Shown: positions 1-15,009 of the stretch, piece after piece
Layout of the letters: every line of letters begins with the position of its first letter
Position numbering within the stretch: the stretch's first letter is position 1
DNA from: Eledone cirrhosa
Lineage: Eukaryota
Reading direction: 5' to 3'
DNA: 64,000 bases
Assembly (NCBI GenBank): GCA_964016885.1
Contig: OZ024741.1
Location: 117,180,001 to 117,244,000 of the forward strand
Position numbers and translations under genes: made by a program
The notes under the pieces: model-generated
What the model saw: the letters and a program-made list of their open reading frames with translations, nothing else
Database searches by the model: none
Told to the model about the DNA's origin: nothing

Positions 1-1089
1 TTTTCAGGTTATAGCTACTGTCGCTCAGAGAGTGGGATTGGCTCAATGGACAGCCTTTCCTCACTTTAAAAAATATCTTTACGCACAGGCATTGCACGAT
101 AGAATTAATTAATAATTATTAATAATGGTATATCGTGCAATGGCTATACTCGATAACGAGGGGGCAGCCATCATGTAAGTATGTTTGTATGTATGTGCAT
201 GTGTGTACAAATGTATGTAAGCATGCATGTATGTTTGTATGTTTATTTGCATGTATGTATTTATGTATGTGTGTATAAATGTATGTATATATATCTGAAT
301 TTATGTATGTATGTATGTATGTATGTATGTATGTATGTATGTATGTATGCATGCATGTATGTATGTGTGTGTGTATGTATGTATGTACTAAGACATCTCT
401 CTAGGAGAAAGTCACACTGATATAAAACCTTCGACTTCGTTTGCATCCAATGATGTAAACCAGCTCTTCTTTTTGGGTAAATGCATTCGATATTCAGAGA
501 GTGTGATTGGCCCCGTAAAAAACCTTTCCTCAATTAAAAAAAGCTTCAAGCACAGGCATCGATTGATATGTGACATTTTTTGCAATGCATGGTATTGCTA
601 GCCATAGGTAAGTCCCTTCCAGAACCAAAAAGGCACGTCTGTGATGTTCATAGTTAAGTATCAAGCGATGGTATAACGCGAAATCGAGTTGCAGCCATCA
701 TCATGTATGTATGCATGCGGGTATGTATATATGTATGTGTGAATGTGTATGTGTATACACACATACACGCAAAGTTAACTGAAGAGAGATTGCCAGCCAA
801 TAGTATATTTAAGCTCAATGTGTTTGAATCATTAGAGATAGAAATATAGAAAAATGTCATTTAAGAGCAGAAGAAAAGGTGACATATACAACACAGGGCA
901 TACACTACACATTCAGACGATATGTAAACGTTCTTGAAACATTTAATGTCTTATATTTGTTTCAATGCATCACTTGCGAAAATACAAAGCCAGGATAAGA
1001 ATAATAAAAAAAAAATAAAATAAGAAAAATATATTGAACCTAACAATTATGATTCAGAAGCATATTGATAGCTTTCACTGTAGCCTTTA

Positions 1090-1499
1090 ATCAAGAGCTT
1101 TGTGCTGCCGACAGTGCTTTACGCGAGCGAAACCTGGAAGAGCACGGAAAAGATAGAGAGAGGGCAGAACGCTTTCCACCAGCGGTGCCTGCGAATGATC
1201 CTTTGTGTGTCCTGGCGCGACCGAGTGCGAAACGGTTGTGGACTCTACAGAGAATGGTCACCGGTGCCGCCTGGCTGGCCATATTCTGCGCCTGCCCGAC
1301 GAACGACACTCGAAAACAGCGATGAACTGGACGGCACCTGGCGGCAAACGGGGGCGGGTTGCCCCAGGATCATCTGGCGACGAACGTTCTGAAAAGACCT
1401 CATTTCGAACGGACGTGAAAAAACTGCCACTGATCATGACAGTTGGCGACTACTAACTGCACGATTCGCCGAATGGCGCGGAAGAACCTAAGACTAAGA
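1090..1499 (+). mobile_element. RTE-clade LINE 3' fragment
   Basis: VLYASETW..FHQRCLRMILCVSWRDRVRN..RLAGHILRLPDER..WRRT motifs; ends in a short (ctaaga) repeat. Confidence 0.8.
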
Positions 1500-1514
1500 T
1501 ATATATATATATAT

Positions 1515-3382
1515 TGGAAAATGCTTCTAATCCCACTTGTAGACTACTGAACCCGGCGCGTACAAAGATGGGGCAAATTAGTAAAGCTATACTTAGGAAT
1601 ATAGTTAAGACTATTAGAACTAAGTCCAACCTGTCCCAATGGGAGAACAGTGAGTCTTTCGTTAAGTGGTTCAACTCTTTCAGCTCCAAAAAATCAAAAT
1701 TCACTCAATTCGACATTGTGGATTTTTATCCGTCGATCTCGGCGACCCTGTTGAACAAAGCGTTGGATTTTGCTACAACTTACACCGTCGTCCATGATTT
1801 AGACAGGGAGATCATTGCACATTGACGGAAAACTCTCTTCTTCAACAACGGAGTAGCCTGGACAAAGAAATCAACTACTTCAGAACTATTCGACGTATCA
1901 ATGAGATCATTCTATAGTGCTGATATATGTTACTTGGATGGCTTATATATTTTAGATACGTTGCGAACTAGATTCCCGGACCTCCACACGGGCTTATACC
2001 ACGACGATGGTCTGACTCCATCGAGCCATAAAAAGGGGTATAACGTGGACTGTTTTTAAAAAAGATTTAATTGTAACATTTAATGAATTAGGACTTAGGA
2101 TCATAGTAGCTACTAACCTTACTAGAATAGATTACTTAGACATAGCTTTAGATCTTCACACACATACCTTTAGACTCTTCCATAAGCTAAATGAAAAACT
2201 AAATTACATACACAAGGATTCATGCTACCCACCTACAGTTTTCAGAACCTTCGTGAAAATATCGACACTAGAATCTCTAATCTCTCTTCTAATATAACAA
2301 TTTTTGACAGAGCGGCATCCTACTACAACGCGGCTTAGCTAACTTCGGCTTCTCACAACCAATTGTTTACTCCCTTCCTAACGCCAACAACAATAGAAAA
2401 AGAAATCGTGCTGATAGAAAAATAATTTGGTTCTCCCCCACCCCTTTCAGTCAACGTTAAAACCAATGTAGTTAAACATTTTTTATCTCTCTTAGATATG
2501 CACTTCCCCATAAGTCATAAATACTGCTCCATCTTTAACAAACACAGAGTGAAACTAGGATACTCCTGTGTCAAGAATATGAAGGCCCACATCACTAACA
2601 ACCCTAAAAGCAGAACCCCACCAGGATGCTCTCGCCGAAGGCCTGAAGTTTGTCCCCTTCAACAACAGTGCATCATACCCGCTGTAATTTACGGAGCTGT
2701 AGTCACTTTTAACCGACCAAATCAACAACAAGAGGTCAAATCCTATGTAGTTATGGCGGAGGGCCAGTTTGAAGAACGCTTCCTGAATCATCTGTTGACA
2801 TTCAGACACCTGGACAAACGATCGTTCACGGAGCTCGCCAGCCACATATGATCCCTCAAGGACGCAGGCATGGATTACTCCATTCAATGGAAAGTTATTA
2901 CTAAGTCTAGGCCATACGGAAATGTGAATCAGTCTTGTGGGCTGTACACTGAAGAAAGAATCAATATCCTGAGGAGTTGGCTTTACAGTGCTTGTCTAAA
3001 TACAATGAATGAATTTTTCTCGCGTTGTCCACACGTTTCGAAACACTTATTACGTAATTTCAAAGTTCCTGACTGACTACATGACGTAATCAATGGATTA
3101 AATAACATGAATAATTTATATATATTCTGAGTTTTTCACAGTTGTCTCCCAAGCATCAATCTAACGTGAGTTGAACTCCTTCGGGAAGTGACTTCTTCTG
3201 AACATGCGTATTCGTATAAATGTTTTTCTTTTTCCGTATAATCTCATTTAAACCGAGCTGATGATCCGACTAAGGTGAAACAATTGTTCTCAGAAATGAT
3301 GAATTAACTGTTTTGAAACTACTTCTACCAAACTTGTCCCATGGACTTAGTGTTCCACTACTACGGATATAACCCACCAGTG

Positions 3383-3385
<3 letters not shown>
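1515..3385 (+). mobile_element. Penelope-like element (RT plus GIY-YIG), degenerate, 5'-truncated
   Basis: NPTCRLLNP..QFDIVDFYPSI..GLYHDDGL RT motifs; AVIYGA..SYV..FEERFLNH GIY-YIG remnant; hammerhead in the 3' region; flanked by (TA)n. Confidence 0.85.
3255..3291 (+). ncRNA. Minimal type I hammerhead ribozyme (Penelope pLTR)
   Basis: GAG-CTGATGA-tCC(gactaa)GGt-GAAA-CAATTG-TT-CTC: short stem I, conserved core, palindromic stem III, GUU site. Confidence 0.7.
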
Positions 3386-3431
<46 letters not shown>

Positions 3432-3434
3432 AGT

Positions 3435-3519
<85 letters not shown>

Positions 3520-4272
3520 TGTGTGTTTGTATGTATATATATATCCGTACATGGTTGACGGCTGAGAGAATAGAGTACACAATACCGAAGTAGAATTTTA
3601 ATATTCATCTATTAAGGCCAAATAGTGAATCTAGTTACTCTGGAGTTTTGCCTGTTTACCAAAGGGTCATCAGACATCTAGTACGATTACCCTTAATATA
3701 ATGAATACCCTCAGTCACACCTCGACATCTCACAGCAGCAATCCTCATCACGGCCCAACGCCCATCCTTCAAACCTTTGCACAAAGAAATGAACAAACTT
3801 ATACACACACGAACGCATACAAACACACACGTAGATACACGCACACATGCACACGCATGTCCACTTAAAATATACAATGATTGTCTCCTTTTCTAATACC
3901 TCTCTTTCTAATACCTAAGATAAACATTGACCAGCATTTCACCAAAATGGCTGACTGTATACTCGCGTATTTTTTCTCACAAGTGAGAGCGAGGCGGGGG
4001 GAGGGGGAGAATGGAAGACGACGTTAAAAAGATATAGAGAGTATATTAGGTTGAGCGGGTTGGTTTAATAGGGAAAGATTTAAAAAACAAATTGAGTTTA
4101 AGATAAATAAGTTCAGTATGTGTATCACGAATATAATTTTGTAGTATTTTACTGCTCGACTAATTAAAATACTGTTATTAATTAATTAAGTAATACGCGA
4201 ATACGCACGTCATACAAACATATACACACACATGCACACAAACACGCTCACACATACGTATACCACGCAAAT

Positions 4273-4308
<36 letters not shown>

Positions 4309-4384
4309 GAGCGTGTTTATGTGCATGTGTGTGTATATGTTTGTATGGCGTGCGTATTCGCGTATTACTTAATTAATTAATAAC

Positions 4385-4569
4385 TGTTTCTACGTTAGGC
4401 ACAAGGCCAGCAAATACCCAGTGCATTACTGGTACTTTATTTTATCGACCCCGTAAGGATGAAAGGCAAAGTCAACCTCGGCGGGATTTGAACTCAGATC
4501 GTAAAGGGACGTAACTATGCTGGAAAGCATGGCGTCCGACCCTCTACCGATACTGCCAATCCACCGCCC
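4385..4569 (-). mobile_element. tRNA-derived SINE (Meta-like central domain) with 16-bp TSD
   Basis: A box TGGCAGTATCGG, B box GAGTTCAAATCC, central CCTTTCATCCTTACGGGGTCGATAAAATAAAGTACC; TSD ttaattaattaataac. Confidence 0.85.
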
Positions 4570-4587
4570 TTAATTAATTAATAACAG

Positions 4588-4641
<54 letters not shown>

Positions 4642-4643
<2 letters not shown>

Positions 4644-4811
4644 CTGAAAACTGTAGGTGTATGTAATTTAGTTTTTCATTTAGTTTATGGAAGGGTCTAA
4701 AGGTATGTGTGAAGATCTAAATTTATGTCTCAGTAATCTATTCTAGTAAGGTTAGTAGGTACTGTGATCTGAAGTCCTAACTCATTAAATGTTACAAAAT
4801 GGCTGCAACTC
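4642..4811 (-). mobile_element. Penelope RT fragment related to 2070-2250, inverted
   Basis: [22 protein letters not shown] matches the element at 1515-3385. Confidence 0.7.
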
Positions 4812-4812
4812 G

Positions 4813-5326
<514 letters not shown>

Positions 5327-5588
5327 TATACACCAGAAAACCGGTCGAGTGCTTCGAATCAGTTATAAACATATATATTTGTTGAATTACTAACAAATTA
5401 AATATCTCTTTTACTTATATATATATATCTATGCGCATAGGTATGTGTATTTAGGTTACGCTCGTATGTGCGTGGGTACATGTATATATTTGCGTGGTAT
5501 GCGTACGTGTGCACGTGTTTATGTGCATGTGTGTGTGTATATGTTTGTATGGCGTGCATATTCGCGTATGCACGTGAATGTATGTATT

Positions 5589-5629
<41 letters not shown>

Positions 5630-5631
<2 letters not shown>

Positions 5632-7125
5632 TATACTTTGGGAGGGCCATGTTGCCCATAAGAAACCAATAAGAAACACACGCACCAGTTGTTTTCACTT
5701 CAATTTATTATACATTTCCGGTTGGCTGGTTGGTTCTATAACCGGATGGTTGTTCACATATTGTCAACGTTCTTTAGTCACACATTCTGTGACCTCTTCA
5801 GTGACTGGGGATTCTTTTCTTTATTTTTTATTTTGTGCCTCTCCTTTGTTCTGTCCTACGCCATCTTGTTTTTGTGTGTGTAGTGTGCTTAGTTTGCGCA
5901 TGTGTTACATCCGGGTGTCTGTGTGTGTTTTTATTTGTTTATTTATTTGTTTATTTACATGTCACTAGTTTGTTGTTTGTTCTATGTGTGTGTGTGATAT
6001 ATATACATATATACATGCATACATACATATATAAGCATATTTTTTTTGTGTGTGTCTGTATGTTTTCATTTTGTCCTTAATTATAAGTTGTGATGTTGCT
6101 ATTCCATTCATGTTTTCTATTTAATTTTGGTTGGAGTTCATTTATGTTTATTGCCTCTGTTATTTGTCTAAGCATTGCGTCTTTTCTGTGTGTAGATTCA
6201 ATTTTTATCTTTGCCCTTATGTTCTATTTTAGCATGTTGGTGGAGTATTGATGAGTCTTTTCTATCTTGAAGCTCTCGCCAGTGTTCATTTAATCGTTCT
6301 CCTATGCTACGAGCTGTCTCACCTATGTACATTATATTCTTATATTTACATTGTCCCTCAGTACATCTTATGCTATATACTATTTTCTAGTTTTACAGTT
6401 AATATGGGGGCTTAGTTTACAGATTATGCATTTCCTATCTAGACAGAGAGGTCTTTGAAGAGAGTAAGTATTACTAATTAGTGTTTTTATGGAGGTACCT
6501 GGTCTTTCCACTATCTTAATATTTAGTTTAAGTTTATCTAGAGCCCTTCTAAATTTGTAAGCTAGTTCGCCTCTAGGAGTTGTATTGATGAACATTACAC
6601 TCTGATATTTATTGCTATCATACCATGAGTTTATTTTATTAGCCTTATTCCTAGTTCTTTCTATTCTATTCCAAAATTTGCGTTGATGATATAAACATCG
6701 TAGTAAAAACACCTTCACTAGAGAACAGTCAGGAATTAGAGAAAAACACCATGGAAAGCATCCAGCAAATAGCTAACTCCATCCACCAGAGTATCAAAGT
6801 TACTATAGACTACCCAAGCAAACACCCCAACCATCAATTACATGTACTAGACACAGACCTCTGGTTAGAAACCATTAATAACAAAAAACAAATCCTCCAT
6901 TCCCATTATGCCAAACCCATGACTTCCAAATACCTGATCCACCGAAACTCAGCTGTTTCGGATCACACGAAAATCAACATACTGATTGCGGATTTAGTAA
7001 GGGTGATGAGGAACGTGTCCCGTATGTGCAACCCCAAAGAATTAGAGAAACACATACAACACTTCATCCACCGTATGCAGTTCTCTGGTTACAATCAGAG
7101 AGACAAAATCAGAGTGTATAGAGGA
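5630..7125 (-). mobile_element. Penelope-like element with inverted 5' segment
   Basis: Minus strand ~6695-6090 encodes SWY..CLDRKCIIC..YVGETARS (GIY-YIG). Plus strand 6700-7125 encodes the upstream RT part VTIDYPSKHP..LDT..MQFSGY. Same family as 43503-45148. Confidence 0.85.
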
Positions 7126-7154
7126 ACCAGAACAAAATCGGGGGGGGGGGGGTA

Positions 7155-8301
<1,147 letters not shown>

Positions 8302-8461
8302 GAGGTTATATTTAATTTGTTGGGATACAAAAAGCAAAATATTTTTATAACTGATATAAAGCACTCAACAAATTATTGGAGTAAATCCAGGAGATTCCAA
8401 CCAGAATGATTGCATTTTTTAAGGGTATGTCTATACTTATTTATAAAACTAACCTATATTA

Positions 8462-8527
8462 TATTTTATCTGATGAAAGTGCACCATAGTTTGCTCTGGT
8501 GACCCTTGAAATATGTATAATGAAATA
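8462..8527 (+). ncRNA. Type I hammerhead ribozyme
   Basis: Stem I TATTTTAT/ATGAAATA; CTGATGA; stem II AAG..CACCA/TGGTG..CTT; GAAA; TATGTA; UA site. Homologous to 5217-5277. Confidence 0.7.
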
Positions 8528-8565
8528 AATATGGTTTTATAAATATAGTTTCCATTTGTTAATAT

Positions 8566-8626
<61 letters not shown>

Positions 8627-8676
8627 ATTTATCTAATAATTTATCTAATAATTTATCTAATAATTTATCTATTAAT

Positions 8677-9290
8677 ATATCTAATAATTCTAAGGACATG
8701 ATTTATGATATATTGCTCTGATTATTTAATTTATTAATTCTTCATTGAGCCACAACGTGACCGGTTGCCACATATATATCTGTGACTTTATGTATATGTA
8801 AATCTTTATATTTAATAATCTCCCGTTGGGTTGAGATGCAATTGGGCGATATTGGGCTGCGCTTTCTAGCAACCAGCCTACCCGCCGTAAGCAACTAATC
8901 ACATTCTTTCTAACTTGACCACTGCCACGTCCCGATTCTTAGCCATTTTTGAATCTATTTTTGGCGCGATCGCTTTGGAAAATTAACTGTCCAACTGAGT
9001 TTGTCTCCTGATGAGTCTGTTACTCTAGGTTCATCCTTAACAGTAGGATATCTAAAAATACGGACGAAACTATGGTAGAGATGTAATTCTTCTTCTAAGT
9101 TTAAATTTACACCTAATTGTGTATGGTTGACGGTATATTTAGTCAGTTTCTACATGCTGTTGAAATGTTGGGTAAATACTCTATTGGGGTCACCGCTTTC
9201 GGTTATTTATCAAATATTTCTTCATATGAGCCTTTATTCTTATAGCCTGGTCTAATTGATTTTATCTAATAATTCTAAGGACATGATTTA

Positions 9291-9298
<8 letters not shown>
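8677..9298 (+). mobile_element. Solo Penelope-type pLTR with ~37-bp terminal direct repeat
   Basis: tatctaataattctaaggacatgatttatgatatat occurs at both ends; contains the hammerhead at 9003-9082; embedded in (TA)n. Confidence 0.6.
9003..9082 (+). ncRNA. Type I hammerhead ribozyme with extended stem II
   Basis: GTCTC-CTGATGA-GTCTGT...(ATCCT/AGGAT inner hairpin)...ACGGAC-GAAA-C(TATG)G-TA-GAGAT; GUA cleavage triplet. Confidence 0.8.
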
Positions 9299-9331
<33 letters not shown>

Positions 9332-9588
9332 AATAAATATATATATATAGGAAAAGAGTCAGGGCCCCGACGGCTGAGCCCCGGCCGTTTCGACAGCTAG
9401 ATCCGAACTAAAACCTTTTCCTATTACCCACTCTACTACCCTAAGTATCGAGTACTCTGGTGCGTTATAGTCCACCTGGTTCTTATCACACTTTCTTTGT
9501 TACATATATATATACACCACCTCCACCACCAATTGATTTGATAGATGTCTTTAACCCATTTATACCAAGCATTATTTGTACAGTAGTT

Positions 9589-9804
9589 GAGGGCGGTGGA
9601 TTGGCAGTATCGGTAGAGGGTCGGACGCCATGCTTTGCAGCATAGAGTTACGGTTCTTTATGATCTGAGCTCAAATCCCGCCGAGGTTAACTTTGCCTTT
9701 CATCCTTATGGGGTCGATAAAATAAAGTACCAGTCACGCACTGGGTCGATTTAATCGACTTTCCCCTCCCCCCAAATTACTGGCCTTGTGCCTATATAAG
9801 AAAC
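9589..9804 (+). mobile_element. tRNA-derived SINE with 19-bp TSD
   Basis: Same family as 4385; TSD cattatttgtacagtagtt. Confidence 0.85.
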
Positions 9805-10366
9805 CATTATTTGTACAGTAGTTCGTGCGTATATGTATGTAATATATATATATAGATAGATATATGATTGTGTGTGTGTGTCTATATATGTATGTTTGCA
9901 TGCATGAATGAATACACTAAGCTTTAGATTTAATAGAATGTACAACCACTGATTCCAGCTATTTGCACTATCATATATTTTGGTTTCTATTCATTCCCTG
10001 GGGAATTGGTTGACCAAATGATTTGCTTAATTGTTTTATTACTTTTAGTTTTTAATTATCTTTTCTCTTAGACTTCAGGTATTTTTTGAAAGCAAAGCAT
10101 TGACTCCTAAATTACTACAGTGGGCCCTGCATTGCTACTGTGGACGCTTATAATACTACCGTGGGCCCAGGGGTCCACTTGCCATTGGGCAACCTGGCAA
10201 CCTGACCAGTCTGCCACTCTCTGGGAGTGTTGCAGGGATCCATAGCCAGCAGCCAATTCATCTTCCATACAATTCATGGCATATATTTGGAATGTAGCAT
10301 TGGATTTGCAAACCCTCGTGACTTCTTTATGCCTAAAAGGTTTCTAATCAAGAAAACCCATTATCA

Positions 10367-10590
10367 ACGGCGTTGCATTATTGGCAGAATCGGTAGAGCG
10401 TCGGACAATATGCTTAGCGGCGTAGAGTTATGGCCCTTTGCGTTCAGAATTCAAATCCCGCTGAGGTTAGCTTTCCTTTCATCCTTACGGCGTCGATAGA
10501 ATAAAGTACCAGTAATGCACTGCGTCGATTTAATCGACTTTCCCTTTCCCCCAAATTGTTGGCCTTGTGTCTAAATTAGAAACCAATATT
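10367..10590 (+). mobile_element. tRNA-derived SINE, same family
   Basis: TGGCAGAATCGGTAG A box, B box and central domain. Confidence 0.8.
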
Positions 10591-10619
10591 TAGGCATAGT
10601 GTATCTTGGAACACATTAT

Positions 10620-10905
10620 CTAATGTGGCTGAATAGATAAGAAATTCCCTTCGTAATAATTAGGTCTCGGGTTCGATCCTACTGCGTGGCATCTTGCACT
10701 TGTGTCATTTATCACAGTCTACAGTCGACCTCTATCTTGTGAGTAAAACTAAGTAGACGGAAACTGTCATGCTAAATATCTCTCAGAATTATGTTAGGGG
10801 TACACGTGTCTATGAAATGCTAAGCCATTTAAACGTTAATTTCACGAGCAGGCTGTTACATTCATCGGATAATTGAAACATTCGCCACAGAAAGCGACGG
10901 AGATC
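10620..10905 (+). mobile_element. Second tRNA-derived SINE family, degenerate
   Basis: GGTTCGATCC B box and ctgcgtggc..gacggaaactg; similar to 61326-61640. Confidence 0.6.
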
Positions 10906-11712
10906 ATTCAACATAATCTAATATGCCAAATATTTTTCTAAGATAAGTAATATTTGACTGCTATTTCTAACAAGTAACTACATAGAACCTGTTCACATTG
11001 GCTTGTGTGGGCTTGCATATTTTGTACTATAAATGTATCGATATGACAATACACTAACGGCAAAAGCGTTTGTTTGACGGCTGTGTCGACTTGCCGGTTT
11101 CATTCGGCTCTGTCCAGCCATTTTCAGTTATATTCGGCTATGTTCGATTATGTTCGGTTAAGTTCGATTACGTTCTGGCTTGTCCAATTTCGGCTTTGTC
11201 GGTTGGTCGGTCAGTCGGCGGTCTATTGTATCGTCTATATAGTTAATATACTCTGCAGTAAGCTATCGTGTGGTTGTGCCGATAAACTGATAAACTGTAC
11301 AAAAATATATTGATTGATAGGCTTAACATCAAAAAGGATTTCGGCGAATGAAAACTGAACGTCGTTAATACAAAAAGTACCCCGCAGACAGATTCGTTCG
11401 TGATAAAGTCAGCTTACGTTCCACTTTCCTCCGTTTCAGCTATTCTCATGCATAATCGATGATCTGCTCCAATTGTAACTCAGTGAAACTGCAAATCTTG
11501 ACTCTTTTCAACTCTTTTCCTCCATTTTGTTGAATTGAATGTGTATTACTATCTCTATAACATGTATGTATGTATGTATGTATGTATGTATGTATGTATG
11601 TATGTATGTATGTATGTATGTATGTATGTATGTATGTGTGCATGTATGTATGCATGCATGTCTGCATGTATGCATGCATGTCTGTATGTATTCATATATG
11701 TGTATATATATG

Positions 11713-11772
<60 letters not shown>

Positions 11773-11798
11773 TATATATATATATATATATATATAAT

Positions 11799-11830
<32 letters not shown>

Positions 11831-11955
11831 AGATATATGTGTGTATTGTACCTAGATTTGTAGATTATTCATGCACGCAAATACACATACACATAAATAT
11901 GTGTATGTATATACACATGACATATACATATTATTTATATATGTATAAGTGTGTG

Positions 11956-12035
<80 letters not shown>

Positions 12036-12091
12036 CATATATATATTGGCATATATACACCCAGGTATATTTCAACGTTTTTATTTTAATA

Positions 12092-12275
12092 ATTGTTTCT
12101 ACTTTAGGCACAAGGTCAGCAATTACCCAGTGCATTACTGGTACTTTATTTTATCGACCCCGTAAGGATGAAAGGCAAAGTCAACCTCGGCGGGATTTGA
12201 ACTCAGATCGTAAAGGGACGTAACTATGCTGGAAAGCATGGCGTCCGATCCTCTACCGATACTGCCAATCCACCG
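12092..12275 (-). mobile_element. tRNA-derived SINE with TSD
   Basis: Near-identical to the 4385 copy; TSD gtttttattttaataat. Confidence 0.85.
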
Positions 12276-12505
12276 TTTTTATTTTAATAATGAATGAATG
12301 CACATGCGTGAGTAATGCATATTATTATTATTAAATCATTATTATTATCATTATTATTATTGGAATGCGTAAGTAACGCTTTGAAATATATAATATAAAG
12401 GCGTATTCGCGGATATATGTACATACTTGCAAATATTCATGTGTTTATATAAGGTTAGTAAATATTTAGTAAATATATGTATGTATATATATATATATAT
12501 ATATT

Positions 12506-12552
<47 letters not shown>

Positions 12553-12618
12553 ATGTATATATGTATATAATATGAACCCATATATATGTATATACCATGA
12601 TCACATACACACATATAC

Positions 12619-12691
<73 letters not shown>

Positions 12692-13519
12692 CGCCTATTC
12701 TTGTATATGCAGATGTCTGTGTATCTGTGCACGTTTTCATTCCATATGTTTGTTTAAATCTATGCCTGTCTACTCTTATGAATCTTTCATATTGTTTTAA
12801 AGACTTGGGGGTCAAACTTAAGGCAGGAGTTCCGTTAAGGTTGATGGGTCATCACTGGAGGTTTCTATGGACTATCAAGAACAAGTCAGCTGACAATTTC
12901 TATATAATCCAAAATCTTTCCGGATTATAGTGAAAAGAAGTGTAGAACTCGCCACTGCATGCTAATGGAACATTCGCCAGCATTACATTGCTGCCACTGT
13001 TTTCAACAGTCATTGTTTTGGAACATGGCGGCGTATGTATTTGCATCTATATTTTATCGGACCCCTAGAGAGTTTGAGTGTGCGTGTGTCTGTGCATGAG
13101 AGTGTGTATATGCATGAATGTCACTTCCGTCAATGAGTGTTCAGTAGTTCGAACGACAAAACAACCTGCTCCTGAAGTTAACGGGCAAGTGTACACAGTC
13201 ACGTGTATACTTAATGTTGTTTTCCGGTAGATTCAGTAGGATACAAGCTTGGTACCTTAAATTACAGGTACAACACATTTTTGCCAACAGAGTCGATTGA
13301 AGCAACGGGAAATAAAATGCCTTGCTTATGTACACAATGCGCTGCCGTTAATCGAAATCACGATCGTAAGCCGAACAACCTAACCACTAAGCCACGTGTC
13401 TTCATCCTTGACACATCACAACACCAGTGACAGGATAGATTTGATAGATTTCTACTAGTTAGCCGATTCGGCGCCATCTGTCTCACTCGTCTCTAAGAGT
13501 CGAGAGATAGATGAATGCT

Positions 13520-13765
13520 ATGGATGTGCAGCTTTGCCAGGAAATTCATATGACAGACATGTTGTAATGCTTTGCAGATGTCGAGGACAACATTCCTGTT
13601 TTCATCAAACTTCTCGAGTGTAGTTCTTCACCAGTATGAATTTATGAAATTCAGGAGAGATATTCTATATCGGAGATTATTGTTAATGGCTTTCCAATTG
13701 GACAAGAATTGTCAGGATCAAATATATTTCCCTTGTCGAGAACGCGATACACTATTGTGTGTTTC
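13520..13765 (-). mobile_element. Old LINE RT fragment (CR1/Jockey-like)
   Basis: VLDKGNIFDPDNSCPI resembles KKGD..PSNYRPI, and VVLDICKALQHVCH resembles LDISKAFD.V.H. Confidence 0.5.
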
Positions 13766-13948
13766 CCAAAATTGGAAATATCTTTAGAGAGAGAAATAAC
13801 GAGGGAGAAAGATAGAAACTGTTTTATCGATTGGCATTTATTTCATCAATCCCTCGAAAGGGTGAAAGACAAAATAGACCTAAGGTGTATAAGGCAAAGG
13901 TAAAAATTGCATAAAAGACAAGACTTAAATGTTAAGAATCAATTCATT

Positions 13949-13967
13949 TTTATTTTATTTCTTTATT
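13949..13967 (-). terminator. Candidate polyadenylation signals of the VWA gene
   Basis: Clustered AATAAA (aaaataaagaaataaaataaaa) about 85-100 nt after the stop codon. Confidence 0.45.
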
Positions 13968-14049
13968 TTGTATTTTTTCCATAGTAATGAACCGTCGTTA
14001 TTATTATTATTATAATTATTATTATTTAAATAACGTAGTTCTCTTACAT

Positions 14050-14606
14050 CTAACATGCAGCTCGGAACAATTCCGAAGTGATTTTATTCAAAGTGCTAAA
14101 ATCATTAACCATGAAAATATGATTTTTGTCTGATGCGATGTTTTGAAGTTCTGTTCTGTCTACAGAATGACCAACACCTATCGAAATAACAGATGTATTA
14201 GGAAGCTTATGTAAAAGGGAAGCTTCTGTTTTGGTGCTGGTCTTGTCATCCGACTGACCATCTGTGATCACTATCACAACCTGCTGAGCATTCTTCCTTT
14301 TGCCATGAATTAAACTGTTAGTACGAACATATTTCAGTCCGGCAGCTGTTTTAGTGCTTCCCGGCTGTCTATGAATTCTAAAAATAGCATTTAAGATCGT
14401 TTTTTTGTCAAGGTAGACGTTCATGTTGAATTGATTGCTAACAACACTGGAGAAAAGTACTATACCAATTTGGGTTGAATTTGTACCGATCATAGAGGCG
14501 TTTACAAATTTCCTCACAAAACCGAGTTGAAGATCAAAATTTGTCGATGAAATACTTCCGGAAGCGTCAAGGAGAAAAACGATGTCAGTTGGGGTAACAC
14601 CACAAA
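14050..14606 (-). CDS. Exon 5 (last coding exon): VWA domain 3
   Basis: ctcttctttgcag| acceptor; CGVTPTDIVFLLDASGS..GSTKT..VITDG..SIGVG..RAAC then TAG. The summed exons give 1818 nt, i.e. 605 aa plus stop. Confidence 0.9.
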
Positions 14607-14832
14607 CTGCAAAGAAGAGAATAACACATAAAAGGTTTTTTAAAAAAAACAACACCTCCAGGAAATTATCGGAGTAGTGGAGACATCCCAGATTTTAGAA
14701 TTCGTGTATCGAACCGTTTTAGCTGAGCCCTGTTTGCTTTAACTATTATCTAGTTGCACATGTTCAATGTTGACACGACCAACTGATTCTCATTTGACGG
14801 TCATGCAGTTACACACACACTCATATTCACAG

Positions 14833-14914
<82 letters not shown>

Positions 14915-14917
<3 letters not shown>

Positions 14918-15000
14918 GGGCGGGTAACATTCCCGAGTTCCATGGACGAGTTCTCTCCAACGGTCTCTGTCCCTCATCATGTCTGTCCTTAAGGCATCAA
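14915..15000 (-). mobile_element. RTE LINE extreme 3' end
   Basis: [14 protein letters not shown]-terminal motif followed by (TA)n; same family as 23040-23130. Confidence 0.6.
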
Positions 15001-15009
15001 CATATATAT

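Noticed and set aside
14041-14049. GTAAGAG donor-like site 2 nt after the VWA stop, or an alternative T|GTTAG donor
   Set aside because: No convincing downstream coding exon was found and AATAAA signals follow closely. It cannot be fully excluded without RNA-seq.
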